NCBI GenBank assembly: GCA_963674965.2
Contig: CAXXFL010000001.1
Coordinates: forward strand, 320,001-384,000
DNA length: 64,000 nucleotides
Direction: 5' to 3'
Origin: a bacterium
GTDB lineage: Bacteria > RBG-13-61-14 > DATKZS01
A program made the translations under genes and the position numbers. Below are positions 8,785 through 18,744 of this stretch, one piece after another (position 1 is the first letter of the stretch; the number at the start of each line of letters is the position of its first letter). The notes below the pieces were generated by a model, which saw only the letters and a program-made list of their open reading frames with translations, searched no databases and was not told the origin of the DNA.

Positions 8785-11400
8785 TTATTTTTTATACCCC
8801 GGTCCCGGCTTGATGACCAGTTCCTGGCCCACCCTAACGCCGTCCGACTCGAGTCCGTTCCATTCCTTGATCTCCTCGACGTGGACGTCGTGCTTCCTGG
8901 CTATGCCCCAGAGGGACTCGCCCTCCTTGACCACGTAGGTGATGGCCGGTCCGCGCTCGCCCTCTTCTTTAGCCGAGCTCGAGCCGCTTCCCGAGGACCC
9001 CTTGGGTTTGTTCGAGGAGGAGCCGCTCGAGCCGCTCGCCGAGTATCCCGGTCCCGGCTTGATGGTCAGCTCCTGGCCCGGCCGCACGCCGTCCGACTCG
9101 AGGTGGTTTAACGCCTTAATCTCATCGACGCGAACGTCGTGTTTCCTGGCAATGCCCCAAAGCGACTCGCCTTCCTTGACCGTGTATTTAATGGGCGCTC
9201 CCCTCCATCCTTCCTTTTTTTCGGTGGAGGGCTTGGGCGCGGGGGCCGCGGGCGCGGTGGAATTGGCCCCGGATGGACCGAAGGTTTTCACGCCCTTCTC
9301 CGGCGCGGCGGCCGCCTCGGTCTTGGGAGGAGCGGGGGCGGGGGCGGACTTGGCCGGCTGTTTGGGGGCCTTGTATTCCGGTCCCGGCTTGATGGTCAGT
9401 TCCTGTCCGGGCCTGAGTCCGTCGGACTCGAGCCCGTTCATCTTCCTTATGTCCTCCATGTGCGTGTCGTGGTCCCGGGCCACCTGCCACAGGTTGTCGC
9501 CGTCCTTGACCACGTAAATCACCTTGCCATTGCCGGCCGACCTGGTCGTGCCGTGGTTGGGGTTGCGGGGCACGGAAGGCTGGGTCCCACCCGAGTCCCG
9601 ATCGGGCGTAACGCTCCTTCTCGTTCCCTCTAGTATCTCCTTGGATGTTGGGGGCATGCCCTGAGGAGCGCTCTTGGGAACGTTGAGGGTCAGCTTCTGG
9701 CCCGGACGTATCGAGCAATTGGGATCGAGCTTGTTGTCCGCGATGATATGCTGGCTGGTGATGCCGTAATGGCGGGCGATGAAGTAACAGCGGTCGCCCT
9801 CCCGCACCGTGTAGTCCACTTTCCTCGAGTTCTTGATGGGAGTGAGCTTGTTCTTCTCGGCCGGCGTTACCTTTATGTCGGAGCTTACGTTCTTGATGAC
9901 CAGGCTGGTCCCGTAACGAAGGTCCTTGGGGTCGTCGATATCGTTCCACTTGAGGATGTCGTCGACCGAGACGCCCCACATGCGGGCGATCTCCCAGGGC
10001 GTGTCGCCGGCCTCGACCACGTAGACGCGGTCCTTCTTTCCATGCGGCACGGGAGCTTTCTTCTTGGGAGCGCCGCCAAGGTCCTGGTCGATCTTTTCGT
10101 AAACGTCATCCCTTGGTTCCCATTTTACGGGCTTGGGTTTCTTTCTCTCGTTATCGGGCGCCGGCATGGGCTTCTTTTTGCCGTCGAACTTGGCGTCGCC
10201 CCGGACCGGAATGGTAATGGTCTGTCCGGGATAAAGCCTCGAGCTTAGCCCCTGGTTCATGGCCAGGACCGAGTCGGTGCTGACCCCGTAACCCGCGGCG
10301 ATGGCCTGAAGTGTCTGCCCGCTTTCGACCTTGTGCCGCTTGAAGGCGAACTTCTGCTCGGGCGAGAGGGCGGCGTAGGCTTTTTTGAACTCCTTGGCCT
10401 TTCCATATGGCACCTTGACCTGGTATCTTCTTTGTCCCGGCGGGGTGCAGAACTGGAGTATCTCCGGGTTGAGGGCCAGGATATGTTTTTCCGTCGTTCC
10501 CGCGCAGTCGGCCACGACCTTCAGGTCTATGGCGTCCTCCACGGCGACCTTCGAGTATTTAATGGGCGGAAGGTACTCGACGTCCAGGAACCCGTACCTT
10601 TCCGGGTCCTGGCCGATGATGGCCGAGGCGATGATAAGAGGCAGATAATTTCTCGTCTCGGCCACGAGCTTCTTTTTATCGCAAAGGCACCAGTAGTCCG
10701 GGCAACCGGTGCTTTGCAGGCGGCGGGCCACCAGGGCCTCGCCCGTGTTGTAGGAGGCGGCGGCCAGGTGCCAGTCGCCGAACATGCCGTAGAGGTCGCT
10801 CAGGTAGTTAAGCGCGGCTTGAGTGCTCTTCTCCGGGTCGTAGCGCTCGTCCACCCAGTAATCTATGCGCAGGTTGTACCTGAGACCGGTGGAATGGATG
10901 AACTGCCAAAGCCCCTTGGCCCCGGCGTGACTCTTGGCCTTGGGCTGGAAGGCGCTCTCGATCATGCACAGGTAAAGGAGTTCCTCGGGCATGCCCCGCT
11001 GATGTACCTTGTCCAGGATCATGTCGCGGTAAAGGCCCGAGCGCTGGAGGCGGGTCTGCATGCCCCGCTTGCCCTTGGTGGTGTAATGTCGCAGATAGGA
11101 CTCGACGCTGGGAGTGAGGGGAAGAGGAAAGGGGCCGGAGCCGACCACCCAGTCGCTTTCGCCGCCGAGGAATATCTGGTCGCCCGGTGACGACAGCTCC
11201 CTTAAAACCTCGGGAAGGGGAAAGGACTTGTCCCATACGCGCACGTCCTCTTTAAGAGGAAATACGTACGATTCCTCCCATCTGTCCTCAACATCTTCCT
11301 CGTCGGGCATGCCCGAGCCGTTGTCGGTCCCGGCGAAAGAGATATTACATACAAATAGCGTCAGGATTGCAAAAAGCAATCCATTTATCCTGACTCTCAA
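8785..11400 (-). CDS. mltD: MltD-like lytic murein transglycosylase with six LysM domains
   Basis: Signal peptide; SLT motifs MIESAF, AKGLWQF, WHLAAASYNTGE, ETRNY; six YxVxxGD/ES-type LysM repeats; TTG start with GGAGG. Confidence 0.88.
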   Translation of the reverse strand: MRVRINGLLFAILTLFVCNISFAGTDNGSGMPDEEDVEDRWEESYVFPLKEDVRVWDKSFPLPEVLRELSSPGDQIFLGGESDWVVGSGPFPLPLTPSVESYLRHYTTKGKRGMQTRLQRSGLYRDMILDKVHQRGMPEELLYLCMIESAFQPKAKSHAGAKGLWQFIHSTGLRYNLRIDYWVDERYDPEKSTQAALNYLSDLYGMFGDWHLAAASYNTGEALVARRLQSTGCPDYWCLCDKKKLVAETRNYLPLIIASAIIGQDPERYGFLDVEYLPPIKYSKVAVEDAIDLKVVADCAGTTEKHILALNPEILQFCTPPGQRRYQVKVPYGKAKEFKKAYAALSPEQKFAFKRHKVESGQTLQAIAAGYGVSTDSVLAMNQGLSSRLYPGQTITIPVRGDAKFDGKKKPMPAPDNERKKPKPVKWEPRDDVYEKIDQDLGGAPKKKAPVPHGKKDRVYVVEAGDTPWEIARMWGVSVDDILKWNDIDDPKDLRYGTSLVIKNVSSDIKVTPAEKNKLTPIKNSRKVDYTVREGDRCYFIARHYGITSQHIIADNKLDPNCSIRPGQKLTLNVPKSAPQGMPPTSKEILEGTRRSVTPDRDSGGTQPSVPRNPNHGTTRSAGNGKVIYVVKDGDNLWQVARDHDTHMEDIRKMNGLESDGLRPGQELTIKPGPEYKAPKQPAKSAPAPAPPKTEAAAAPEKGVKTFGPSGANSTAPAAPAPKPSTEKKEGWRGAPIKYTVKEGESLWGIARKHDVRVDEIKALNHLESDGVRPGQELTIKPGPGYSASGSSGSSSNKPKGSSGSGSSSAKEEGERGPAITYVVKEGESLWGIARKHDVHVEEIKEWNGLESDGVRVGQELVIKPGPGYKK

Positions 11401-11876
11401 GGCCCGTCCTCCATAACTTTCGCGATGAGCCGCGTTCCTCAGCTTTTTCCAACTCGGGAACGAAGGCCGTATTCAATCTTGGGCCTCCCCGGGATAAGCC
11501 CGGAAAATTTAAAGATTTCACTGAAAATACTCATGCCTGTCAAATGACGGGCAATCTCCGTCGACGAATACTTAAGCGGCAAATAAAACAATAACGGTAA
11601 ACGCCCGTATTCCCAGCTATTTAATGCTAGCTCATTTATCCAGTACTGTCAATGTCGGCCGTTTTTAACCTCCGGCAAAAAAGCCCTTTCCCTCTCATTG
11701 TTATCTTTAGATGAAGATTCGTTCCCAAACGTTCCCCCATCGCCAAAAATTATGCCGAAAAAAAAACGCCTTCCAAAGGGAGGGAAAAAAAATCTTTCAA
11801 CCGCCAATGGAAGGCGCTTTTTGCCTTTTTATCCGGCACTTAAAACGGAAGCCGGGCGTTTATCATTGCCCTTGCC

Positions 11877-12875
11877 CTATTTTTCGACGATGGTTTCCTC
11901 GATCTTGACGCCGAAGTGTCTGCCCGCCTCCTCGGTAAAGGCCAGGACCCGGTCGCCGCTTTTTAGCTTGGTAATGGACACGGGCTCTCCGGTTGGACGG
12001 GTGAGCCGGATGGTCTCGGCGTTCTGCATGACCAGGGAGATGGGCTTTCCCTTATATTCGGCCTCGACCAGCATCATGGGCCTTTTCTCGACCTTGGCCC
12101 GACCCACGAAGCCGACCTCGGTCTTTCCCTTCTCGTTGACGATAAGGACGGGGTCGCCCACCTTGAGGTCGGCCAGGTAGGCCGTCTTTCCCTCGGGGAC
12201 CTTGGCGTAGGCGTGGACCGCCCCGGCGTTGACCCGGAAGGGGCGGGTGGCGCAATATGGGGTCTCGACGTTCTCCGCGTAGACCAGGAACATCCCTGAG
12301 GACGCGTTGCCCACCAGCATGCCCTGTCCCGGCGTCATGTTGGTGATGGTATCCACGCAGACGCGGTCGCCCATGCCCAGGGGCTTGACGTTTTTAACGG
12401 TGGCTTGGATGAGCTTCAAGCTCTCGCCCTTTTCGCGGACCACGGCGGCGGTCTTTTTGATCTCGGAGAGGTCCTCCGTGTCCAGCACCACGCCGTCCAC
12501 GCCCCGCTCCATTATCTGGAGGGCGATGCCCGCCTCCTCGGCGCTCCGCACCCAGGCGAGCAGCCCCTTCTTCCGCTTGGCGATAAGGTTCTCGAGGGGA
12601 ATGACCTTCCAGTCGCTGGGCTTCACGATTAAAAGCTTGTCCGAGGCCACTCGGGCGGCCTTTTCCTCGTCCCTGGCCGAGTCGATCTTGACCTCGATCA
12701 CGTCCTCCCCGAGACGGAGGTCCCCGTCGGCGGCCACCGTGGTTATAAGGCCAAGCTCCTTGACCTTGCCCGACTTGCCCTTGGGCAGGACCACCGCCTC
12801 GGCCCCGCTCTCGAGGGCCGTGGTTACGATCTTCTTCGCGTAGGGCCTTACGTTGACCCAAAACTTACCCGCCAT
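11877..12875 (-). CDS. 3-dehydroquinate synthase II (archaeal-type AroB')
   Basis: DWKVIPLENLIA, GMGDRVCVDT, RPFRVNAGAVHAY, QNAETIRL, GRHFG signature motifs. Confidence 0.93.
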   Translation of the reverse strand: MAGKFWVNVRPYAKKIVTTALESGAEAVVLPKGKSGKVKELGLITTVAADGDLRLGEDVIEVKIDSARDEEKAARVASDKLLIVKPSDWKVIPLENLIAKRKKGLLAWVRSAEEAGIALQIMERGVDGVVLDTEDLSEIKKTAAVVREKGESLKLIQATVKNVKPLGMGDRVCVDTITNMTPGQGMLVGNASSGMFLVYAENVETPYCATRPFRVNAGAVHAYAKVPEGKTAYLADLKVGDPVLIVNEKGKTEVGFVGRAKVEKRPMMLVEAEYKGKPISLVMQNAETIRLTRPTGEPVSITKLKSGDRVLAFTEEAGRHFGVKIEETIVEK

Positions 12876-12940
12876 TTGCGCCTCCAGCCGTTAAATCGTC
12901 GGGCGGCCCCCCCTCGGACGGCCGCGCCGGAAATGTTTTC

Positions 12941-13735
12941 TCAGGCCTTGAGTATGGCCATGGCCTCCTCGAGGCTCTTCTTCTCGTGCACGATGGCGCA
13001 GGCCGCGGCCACCAGTTTCCTCGGGTCCTTGTGCTGGAAGGCGTTCCTTCCCATGGAAAGACCCGCGGCCCCGGCCTTGACCGCTCCCTCCACCATCTTG
13101 AGGGTGTCCTCGTCGGAGAGCTTCGAGCCGCCCGCTATCACCACCGGGACCGGCGCGCCCTCGCACACCTCCCGGAAGCTATCGGGCGATCCCGTATAAG
13201 GCACCTTGACGATGTCCGCGCCAAGCTCCGCGCCCACCCGCGCCGCCAGCTTGACGTTCTCCACGTCCTTTTCGTCCGAGACCTTGGGACCGCGCGGATA
13301 GACCATGGCCAGGAGCGGCATGCCCCAGTAATGGGCCTTCTCCGCCACCTCGCCGAAGGCCTCGAGCATCTCGCCCTCGTTCTCGGCCCCGATGTTGACG
13401 TGAATGCTCACCGCGTCCGCGCCCAGGCGTATGGCCCTCTCCACCGAGCACACCAGCACCTTGCGGTTGGGGTCGGGGCAAAGGGAAGTGCTCCCGGAAA
13501 GGTGAACGATGAGACCGATGTCGCGGCCATAAGCGCGGTGGCCCTTGCCCACCATGCCGCCGTGCTCGACCACGGCGTTGGCGCCGCCCTCCGCCACCAT
13601 GTCCACCGCCTTGGGCAGGTCGATGAGACCCTTGATCGGTCCCACCGACACCCCGTGGTCCATGGGAACGATAACGGTCGTCTTCGAGGAACGGTTCATA
13701 ATCCTCTCCAGCCTGATTGACTTGCCAATAATCAT
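12941..13735 (-). CDS. 2-amino-3,7-dideoxy-D-threo-hept-6-ulosonate synthase (AroA', DhnA-type class I aldolase)
   Basis: [42 protein letters not shown]; adjacent to DHQ synthase II. Confidence 0.88.
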   Translation of the reverse strand: MIIGKSIRLERIMNRSSKTTVIVPMDHGVSVGPIKGLIDLPKAVDMVAEGGANAVVEHGGMVGKGHRAYGRDIGLIVHLSGSTSLCPDPNRKVLVCSVERAIRLGADAVSIHVNIGAENEGEMLEAFGEVAEKAHYWGMPLLAMVYPRGPKVSDEKDVENVKLAARVGAELGADIVKVPYTGSPDSFREVCEGAPVPVVIAGGSKLSDEDTLKMVEGAVKAGAAGLSMGRNAFQHKDPRKLVAAACAIVHEKKSLEEAMAILKA

Positions 13736-13834
13736 TTTTTTCCTCCCTTGATTCTATCGCGCGTCGGCGCGTGAAAGACTAAAATTTTCTCAGCGTCCGT
13801 TTGGTCATCTCGTCGGCGGCCCCGAGCCGCCCGG

Positions 13835-15187
13835 TCAGGTGATGATCTCCTCGACCGCCTCGAAAAGCGTCTCCAGGCCGAACCGGAAACCGTCCAGGGG
13901 TATCCGCTCGTCGTGGCCGTGGGCCAGGGTCTTGAAGCTCACGTCGGCGGGAAGACGAAGCGGCGAGAACCCATAGCACTTCATGCCCAGCTTCTTGTAA
14001 TGAGACGCGTCGGTAAAGCCCGTCACCAGGTTGGGCACCACCGCGGCCTCCGGGTCCTTTCTCAGGATGACCTTTTTAAAGGAGTCCATGATCGGGTCGT
14101 CCACCGGGGCGCTGGTGGGCGTCAGGTCGCTGATCACATCGATCTCGGCCTCCTCGCCGATAATCGCCCTGACCTCGGCCAGGAACTCCTCCCGGGAGGA
14201 ACCCGGCAGTATGCGGCCGTCCACCTCGAGGGTGGCCTCCGAGGGCATGACGTTGGTCTTCTCGCCCGCCCTTATCACCGTGGGGTTGGCCGTGTTGTGA
14301 AGCATGGCCGAGAAGGCCAGGGCCATGTCGCGGTCGGGCATGACCTTGTCCAGGAGCAGCCCCGAGAGCGACGGGTTGAGAAGGGCCTTGAAGACCATGC
14401 TTTTAGGAAACTTCATGTTGGCGCTCATGAGCTGGACGAACTTGACCACGGCCTCGGCGTTGTGCTGGGGCAGCCGCCTGGCGCCGAGCCTGGCCGCTAT
14501 CTCGGCGGCCTTTATCAGGGCGCCCCTCGGGTCGGGAATGGACCCGTGGCCGGGGTCGCCCTTGGTCTTGATCCGGAGCCAGCAGACGCCCTTTTCCGCC
14601 ACCTGGATCAGGTAGAAGCGCCTGCCGCCGATCTCCATCGAGAAACCGCCCACCTCGCCCACCGCGTACTCGGCCTTGATCTTGTCCGGATGGTTCTCGA
14701 CCATGAAGCGCGAGCCGAACTCGCCGCCGGCCTCCTCGTCGGAGACGCCCAGGAAGATAAGGTCCCGCTTGGGCTTTATGCCCGCCCGCTTCATGAGGAC
14801 CAGGCTCATGGCGCTCATGGTGACCATGTTCTTCATGTCCACGGTCCCGCGCCCGTAGAGGAAGCCGTCCTTCTCGACCGCCTCGAAGGGAGGCACGGTC
14901 CACTTGTCCGGCTCGACCTGGACCACGTCCAGGTGTCCGTTCAAAAGGAGGGGGGGCTTCTCTCCCGTTCCCCTCAAGCGGCAGACCACGTTGGACCGGT
15001 TCTCGGCCGAGTCGAAGGTCTCGGGCGACAGCCCCTCCCTGGCGAAGAGGTCGGCCAGGTACTGGATGGCCGGTTTCTCGTTTCCAGGCGGGTTCACGGT
15101 CTCGAATCGGATCAAGGTCTTAAACAGGTCGAGGGCCTCGGAATAGGTCTCGTCCCAGTTGACTTCTTTGTATAAAGGCATTTTCAA
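13835..15187 (-). CDS. M20 family metallopeptidase/amidohydrolase (ArgE/DapE/ACY1-like)
   Basis: NGHLDVV, YGRGTVDMK, DEEAGG, AEKG, HGHDER metal-binding motifs. Confidence 0.9.
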   Translation of the reverse strand: MKMPLYKEVNWDETYSEALDLFKTLIRFETVNPPGNEKPAIQYLADLFAREGLSPETFDSAENRSNVVCRLRGTGEKPPLLLNGHLDVVQVEPDKWTVPPFEAVEKDGFLYGRGTVDMKNMVTMSAMSLVLMKRAGIKPKRDLIFLGVSDEEAGGEFGSRFMVENHPDKIKAEYAVGEVGGFSMEIGGRRFYLIQVAEKGVCWLRIKTKGDPGHGSIPDPRGALIKAAEIAARLGARRLPQHNAEAVVKFVQLMSANMKFPKSMVFKALLNPSLSGLLLDKVMPDRDMALAFSAMLHNTANPTVIRAGEKTNVMPSEATLEVDGRILPGSSREEFLAEVRAIIGEEAEIDVISDLTPTSAPVDDPIMDSFKKVILRKDPEAAVVPNLVTGFTDASHYKKLGMKCYGFSPLRLPADVSFKTLAHGHDERIPLDGFRFGLETLFEAVEEIIT

Positions 15188-15436
15188 ACCCCCAACGGCG
15201 ATGAGGGACTTGCGTCCCCCTCCGTCCGGACAAGAGCGGGCCTTGCCCGAGGCGGCGACGATCTTTATCTATATCAGGTTTATCGGCCCCGCTCAATTTT
15301 ACTTTTTTCCTCCCCCTGTTGACTCACGCGGGCAAGCCGTCCTAGGATTTATACAACGCGGCCGTCGCGTTTTCGTTACTCCATAGCCGCGTCCCGCCGG
15401 CGGCCGGACGCCACGAGGATTTTGAATCGGTGAGTC

Positions 15437-16429
15437 ATGAATAAAAAGTTCATTCCCTTGATCGCCATCTTGGCGGGAGGCATCGCCTTTGCCGCGTGGT
15501 ATTTTCTCGCGGGAAGCGGGAACGGCGCGAAAACGACCTTCAACGGCGTGCTCGAGGCCGTGGACGTCGACGTGCGGACGGAGGTCGGCGGCGTGGTCAT
15601 GTCCTTCTTTCCCCGGGAGGGCGACGAGATAAACGCGGGCGACCCCATTTGCGCGCTGGACACGGAGAAGCTCGAGATTCAGCTCCGGGGCGGGCGGGCC
15701 GAGCTGGCGGCCCAGCGGGCGATGCTCGAGGCCATGGAAAAGGGCGCTCGCGGCCAGGAGCTCGAGCAGGTGCGGCTGGCGCTCGATCAAGCCCGGATAC
15801 AAAAGGAGCAGGCGGAAAAGGACTACGGCCGGCTGGACCGCCTTTATAACGGAAAGCACGTTTCGGAGCGGGAAAAGGAGACGGCCAAGATGGCCATGGA
15901 CCTGGCGGGCGACCAGGAGAGGCGGGCCCGCGAGCAGCTCAGCCTGGCCGAGGAGGGGGCCAGGGAGGAGGAGATCAAGGCGCAGCGCGCCGTTGTTGAC
16001 GCGGTCCAGGCCAAGGTCGACTATTACGCGGCCCAGCTCGAGGACGCCACCGTCACCAGCCCGATAACGGGACGGCTGATCGAGCGCTACCTCGAGCCGG
16101 GTGAGCTGGCCACTCCCGGCGGCCTGGTGGCCACGGTGAGCGACTACTCGACTCTCGAGGTCAAGGTCTACGTGCCCGAGGACCGGGTGGGCGCGATCGA
16201 GCTGGGGAGGAAGGCCCTGGTCTATCTCGATTCTTTTCCGGGCGAGCCCATGGCCGGCAAGGTCACCCACAAGTCGCGCCAGGCCGAGTTCACTCCCAAG
16301 AACGTGCAGACCAAGGAGGAGCGGACCACCCTGGTCTACGAGGTGACGGTCACGGTGGAAAACCCCGGGGAACTTTCAACGGCCGGGCTGCCGGCGGACG
16401 TTGACTTTAACGTCGCCCCCTCCAACTGA
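15437..16429 (+). CDS. HlyD family membrane fusion protein (YbhG-like)
   Basis: N-terminal TM, lipoyl-like halves, long coiled hairpin, AEFTPKNVQT motif. Confidence 0.88.
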   Translation: MNKKFIPLIAILAGGIAFAAWYFLAGSGNGAKTTFNGVLEAVDVDVRTEVGGVVMSFFPREGDEINAGDPICALDTEKLEIQLRGGRAELAAQRAMLEAMEKGARGQELEQVRLALDQARIQKEQAEKDYGRLDRLYNGKHVSEREKETAKMAMDLAGDQERRAREQLSLAEEGAREEEIKAQRAVVDAVQAKVDYYAAQLEDATVTSPITGRLIERYLEPGELATPGGLVATVSDYSTLEVKVYVPEDRVGAIELGRKALVYLDSFPGEPMAGKVTHKSRQAEFTPKNVQTKEERTTLVYEVTVTVENPGELSTAGLPADVDFNVAPSN

Positions 16430-16454
16430 CCGCGGCGACGGACGACGTGACGCC

Positions 16455-17399
16455 ATGAACGACAAGCGCCGGGAGGACGGACCGGCCATCAAGGTAAAAG
16501 GGCTTCGCAAGGAGTTCGGTCCCTACGTGGCCGTTAAGAGCATCGACCTCGAGGTCGAAAAGGGAGAGATTTTCGGGTTCCTCGGACCCAACGGCGCGGG
16601 CAAGTCCACCACCATCCGCATGCTTTGCGGGCTGCTTCGGCCCACGGCCGGGGAGGGGACCGTGGCCGGCTACGACGTCCTGGCCGAGTCGGAGAAGATC
16701 AAGCGGGTCATCGGCTATATGAGCCAGCACTTTGGCCTTTACCAGGACCTTACGGTGGAGGAAAACGTCGAGTTCTACTCGGGCATCTACCTGGGCAAGA
16801 AGTCCATCGAGGTCCAGGAAAAGGTCATCGCCGAGCTGGGGCTCGAGAAATACAGGAAGTTCCTGGCCGGCAACCTCTCGGGCGGATGGAAACAGAGGCT
16901 GGCCCTGGCCTGCGCCATCTCCCACTCGCCCAGGATACTTTTCCTCGACGAGCCCACGGCGGGCATCGATCCCACCAGCCGCCGCGTGCTGTGGGACTTC
17001 CTCTACGAAAAGGCCGACCAGGGCGTCACCCTCTTCGTCACCACCCACTACATGGACGAGGCCGAGCACTGCCACCGGCTCGGGTTCATCATGGACGGGA
17101 CCCTTACCGCCTGCGCCACCCCCCATGACATCAAGACCGGGCAGATGCACGGAGAGGTCATAACCCTCCGGGCTGACGACAACACGGCCGCCTACGCCGC
17201 GCTCAAGGACTCGCCCGACCTCCTGGACGCCAACGTGTACGGCGACTCGATCCACCTGGTGGCGAAGTCCGCGGCCGAGGCTATCGGGCGGGTTTCCGCG
17301 GCCCTCGGGTCGGCCGGGATCGAGGTACTCGAGATCAAGCGTACCGAGCCGACCATCGAGGACGTCTTCGTGGCCCTGAGCAAGGAGGCCATCTCTTGA
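16455..17399 (+). CDS. ABC exporter ATP-binding protein (YbhF-like)
   Basis: GPNGAGKS, LSGGWKQR, FLDEPT, TTHYM. Confidence 0.92.
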   Translation: MNDKRREDGPAIKVKGLRKEFGPYVAVKSIDLEVEKGEIFGFLGPNGAGKSTTIRMLCGLLRPTAGEGTVAGYDVLAESEKIKRVIGYMSQHFGLYQDLTVEENVEFYSGIYLGKKSIEVQEKVIAELGLEKYRKFLAGNLSGGWKQRLALACAISHSPRILFLDEPTAGIDPTSRRVLWDFLYEKADQGVTLFVTTHYMDEAEHCHRLGFIMDGTLTACATPHDIKTGQMHGEVITLRADDNTAAYAALKDSPDLLDANVYGDSIHLVAKSAAEAIGRVSAALGSAGIEVLEIKRTEPTIEDVFVALSKEAIS

Positions 17400-18523
17400 A
17401 CCGGATTTATTTCCTCGCCCGAAAGGAGTTCATCCAGCTGGCGAGGGACTGGCGCACGCTCACTCTGGCCCTGGTGCTTCCGGTTTTCGTGCTGCTTCTT
17501 TTCGGGGTCGCCATCTCCCTGGACGTGAAGGACGTGAAGATGGCGGTGGTGGACCGCGACGGGTCGAGGACCTCCCGCGATCTGACCCTCGAGTTCTCGG
17601 GCTCGGGTTACTTCAAGACCGCCCCGGTCGGGATGGACGAGGCCAAACTCATGCTCGAGGACGGAAGCGCCATGGTGGCCCTGATCATTCCTCCCCATTT
17701 CGAGCGCGACGTGGCGCGCGGCTCTTCCCCCGCGGTCCAGATTCTGGTGGACGGGTCCAACGCCAACACCGGAAACATCGCCCTGGGCTACGCCAACGGC
17801 ATCATGGCCGGCTACGCCTTCGACCTGGCCGTCCAGCCTATCCAGGCGGCGGGCCTCATGCCCGAGGCCGGCATGCCTCCCATCAAGCTCGAGCCCCGGG
17901 CCCGGTTCAACCCCGCCCTCTCCTCGACCACCTTCTTCGTGCCCGGACTAGTGGCACTTATCATGATGATCACCGTGGTCGTGCTCAGCGCCCTTTCCAT
18001 CGTCAAGGAAAAAGAGCTGGGCACGCTCGAGACCCTCATGGTCTCGCCCCTGGCCAGGTACCAGTTCATCCTGGGCAAGCTCGCGCCCTACTTCGTCCTG
18101 GGCTACGCCGACCTCTTCCTCATCCTGGGAGCGGGCAGGATTTTCTTCGGCATGCCCTTTCGGGGAAGCCTCGTCACCCTCACCGTTCTGTCGGGCTTCT
18201 TCATCCTGGGAGGACTCGGACTGGGGCTGTTCATCTCGACCGCGGCCAACACCCAGCAGACCGCCTGGATGATATCCCTTCTCGTGACGCTCCTGCCCTC
18301 GATCATCCTCTCCGGCTTCGTCTTCCCCATCAGGATCATGCCCGTCTGGCTCCGGGCCGTGACCTACCTGTTCCCCGTCCGCTACTACCTCACCATCGTG
18401 CGGGGAATAGCGCTCAAAGGCTCGGGGGTCGCGGACCTGAAAATCGAGATACTCGCCCTCCTCGCCATCGGGTCCCTCTTCCTCGTCTCCTCGATAATAC
18501 GATTTCATAAGAGGGTGGTCTGA
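17396..18523 (+). CDS. ABC-2 type exporter permease (YbhS/YbhR-like)
   Basis: ARKEFIQLARD, VDGS, KEKELGTLETLMVSP, six TM segments; TTG start overlapping the upstream stop. Confidence 0.9.
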   Translation: MNRIYFLARKEFIQLARDWRTLTLALVLPVFVLLLFGVAISLDVKDVKMAVVDRDGSRTSRDLTLEFSGSGYFKTAPVGMDEAKLMLEDGSAMVALIIPPHFERDVARGSSPAVQILVDGSNANTGNIALGYANGIMAGYAFDLAVQPIQAAGLMPEAGMPPIKLEPRARFNPALSSTTFFVPGLVALIMMITVVVLSALSIVKEKELGTLETLMVSPLARYQFILGKLAPYFVLGYADLFLILGAGRIFFGMPFRGSLVTLTVLSGFFILGGLGLGLFISTAANTQQTAWMISLLVTLLPSIILSGFVFPIRIMPVWLRAVTYLFPVRYYLTIVRGIALKGSGVADLKIEILALLAIGSLFLVSSIIRFHKRVV

Positions 18524-18677
18524 AAAGCCCTATCCGCGCCACTCCTGATCCGAGTCAGGCCCCGGCGACGTGAAAGGACGGGGCGACCAAGCCCCCCGCG
18601 CCCGATCATAGGAATCGTCTTGCCGTAAATTCCGCGACGTCCAAAGCCGGACGTCTGTATTTCCCATTGACGCGCCC

Positions 18678-18717
18678 TTGATACGGCGTTGACGGACAAG
18701 ATACAATCCCTCATAAT
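18678..18717 (+). promoter_or_regulatory. Putative sigma70 promoter(s)
   Basis: TTGACG-17-CATAAT (18689-18717) and TTGATA-18-TACAAT (18678-18707) upstream of the ATG at 18745. Confidence 0.4.
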
Positions 18718-18744
18718 AATGAAACGTTACGCTTAAACGACGCC

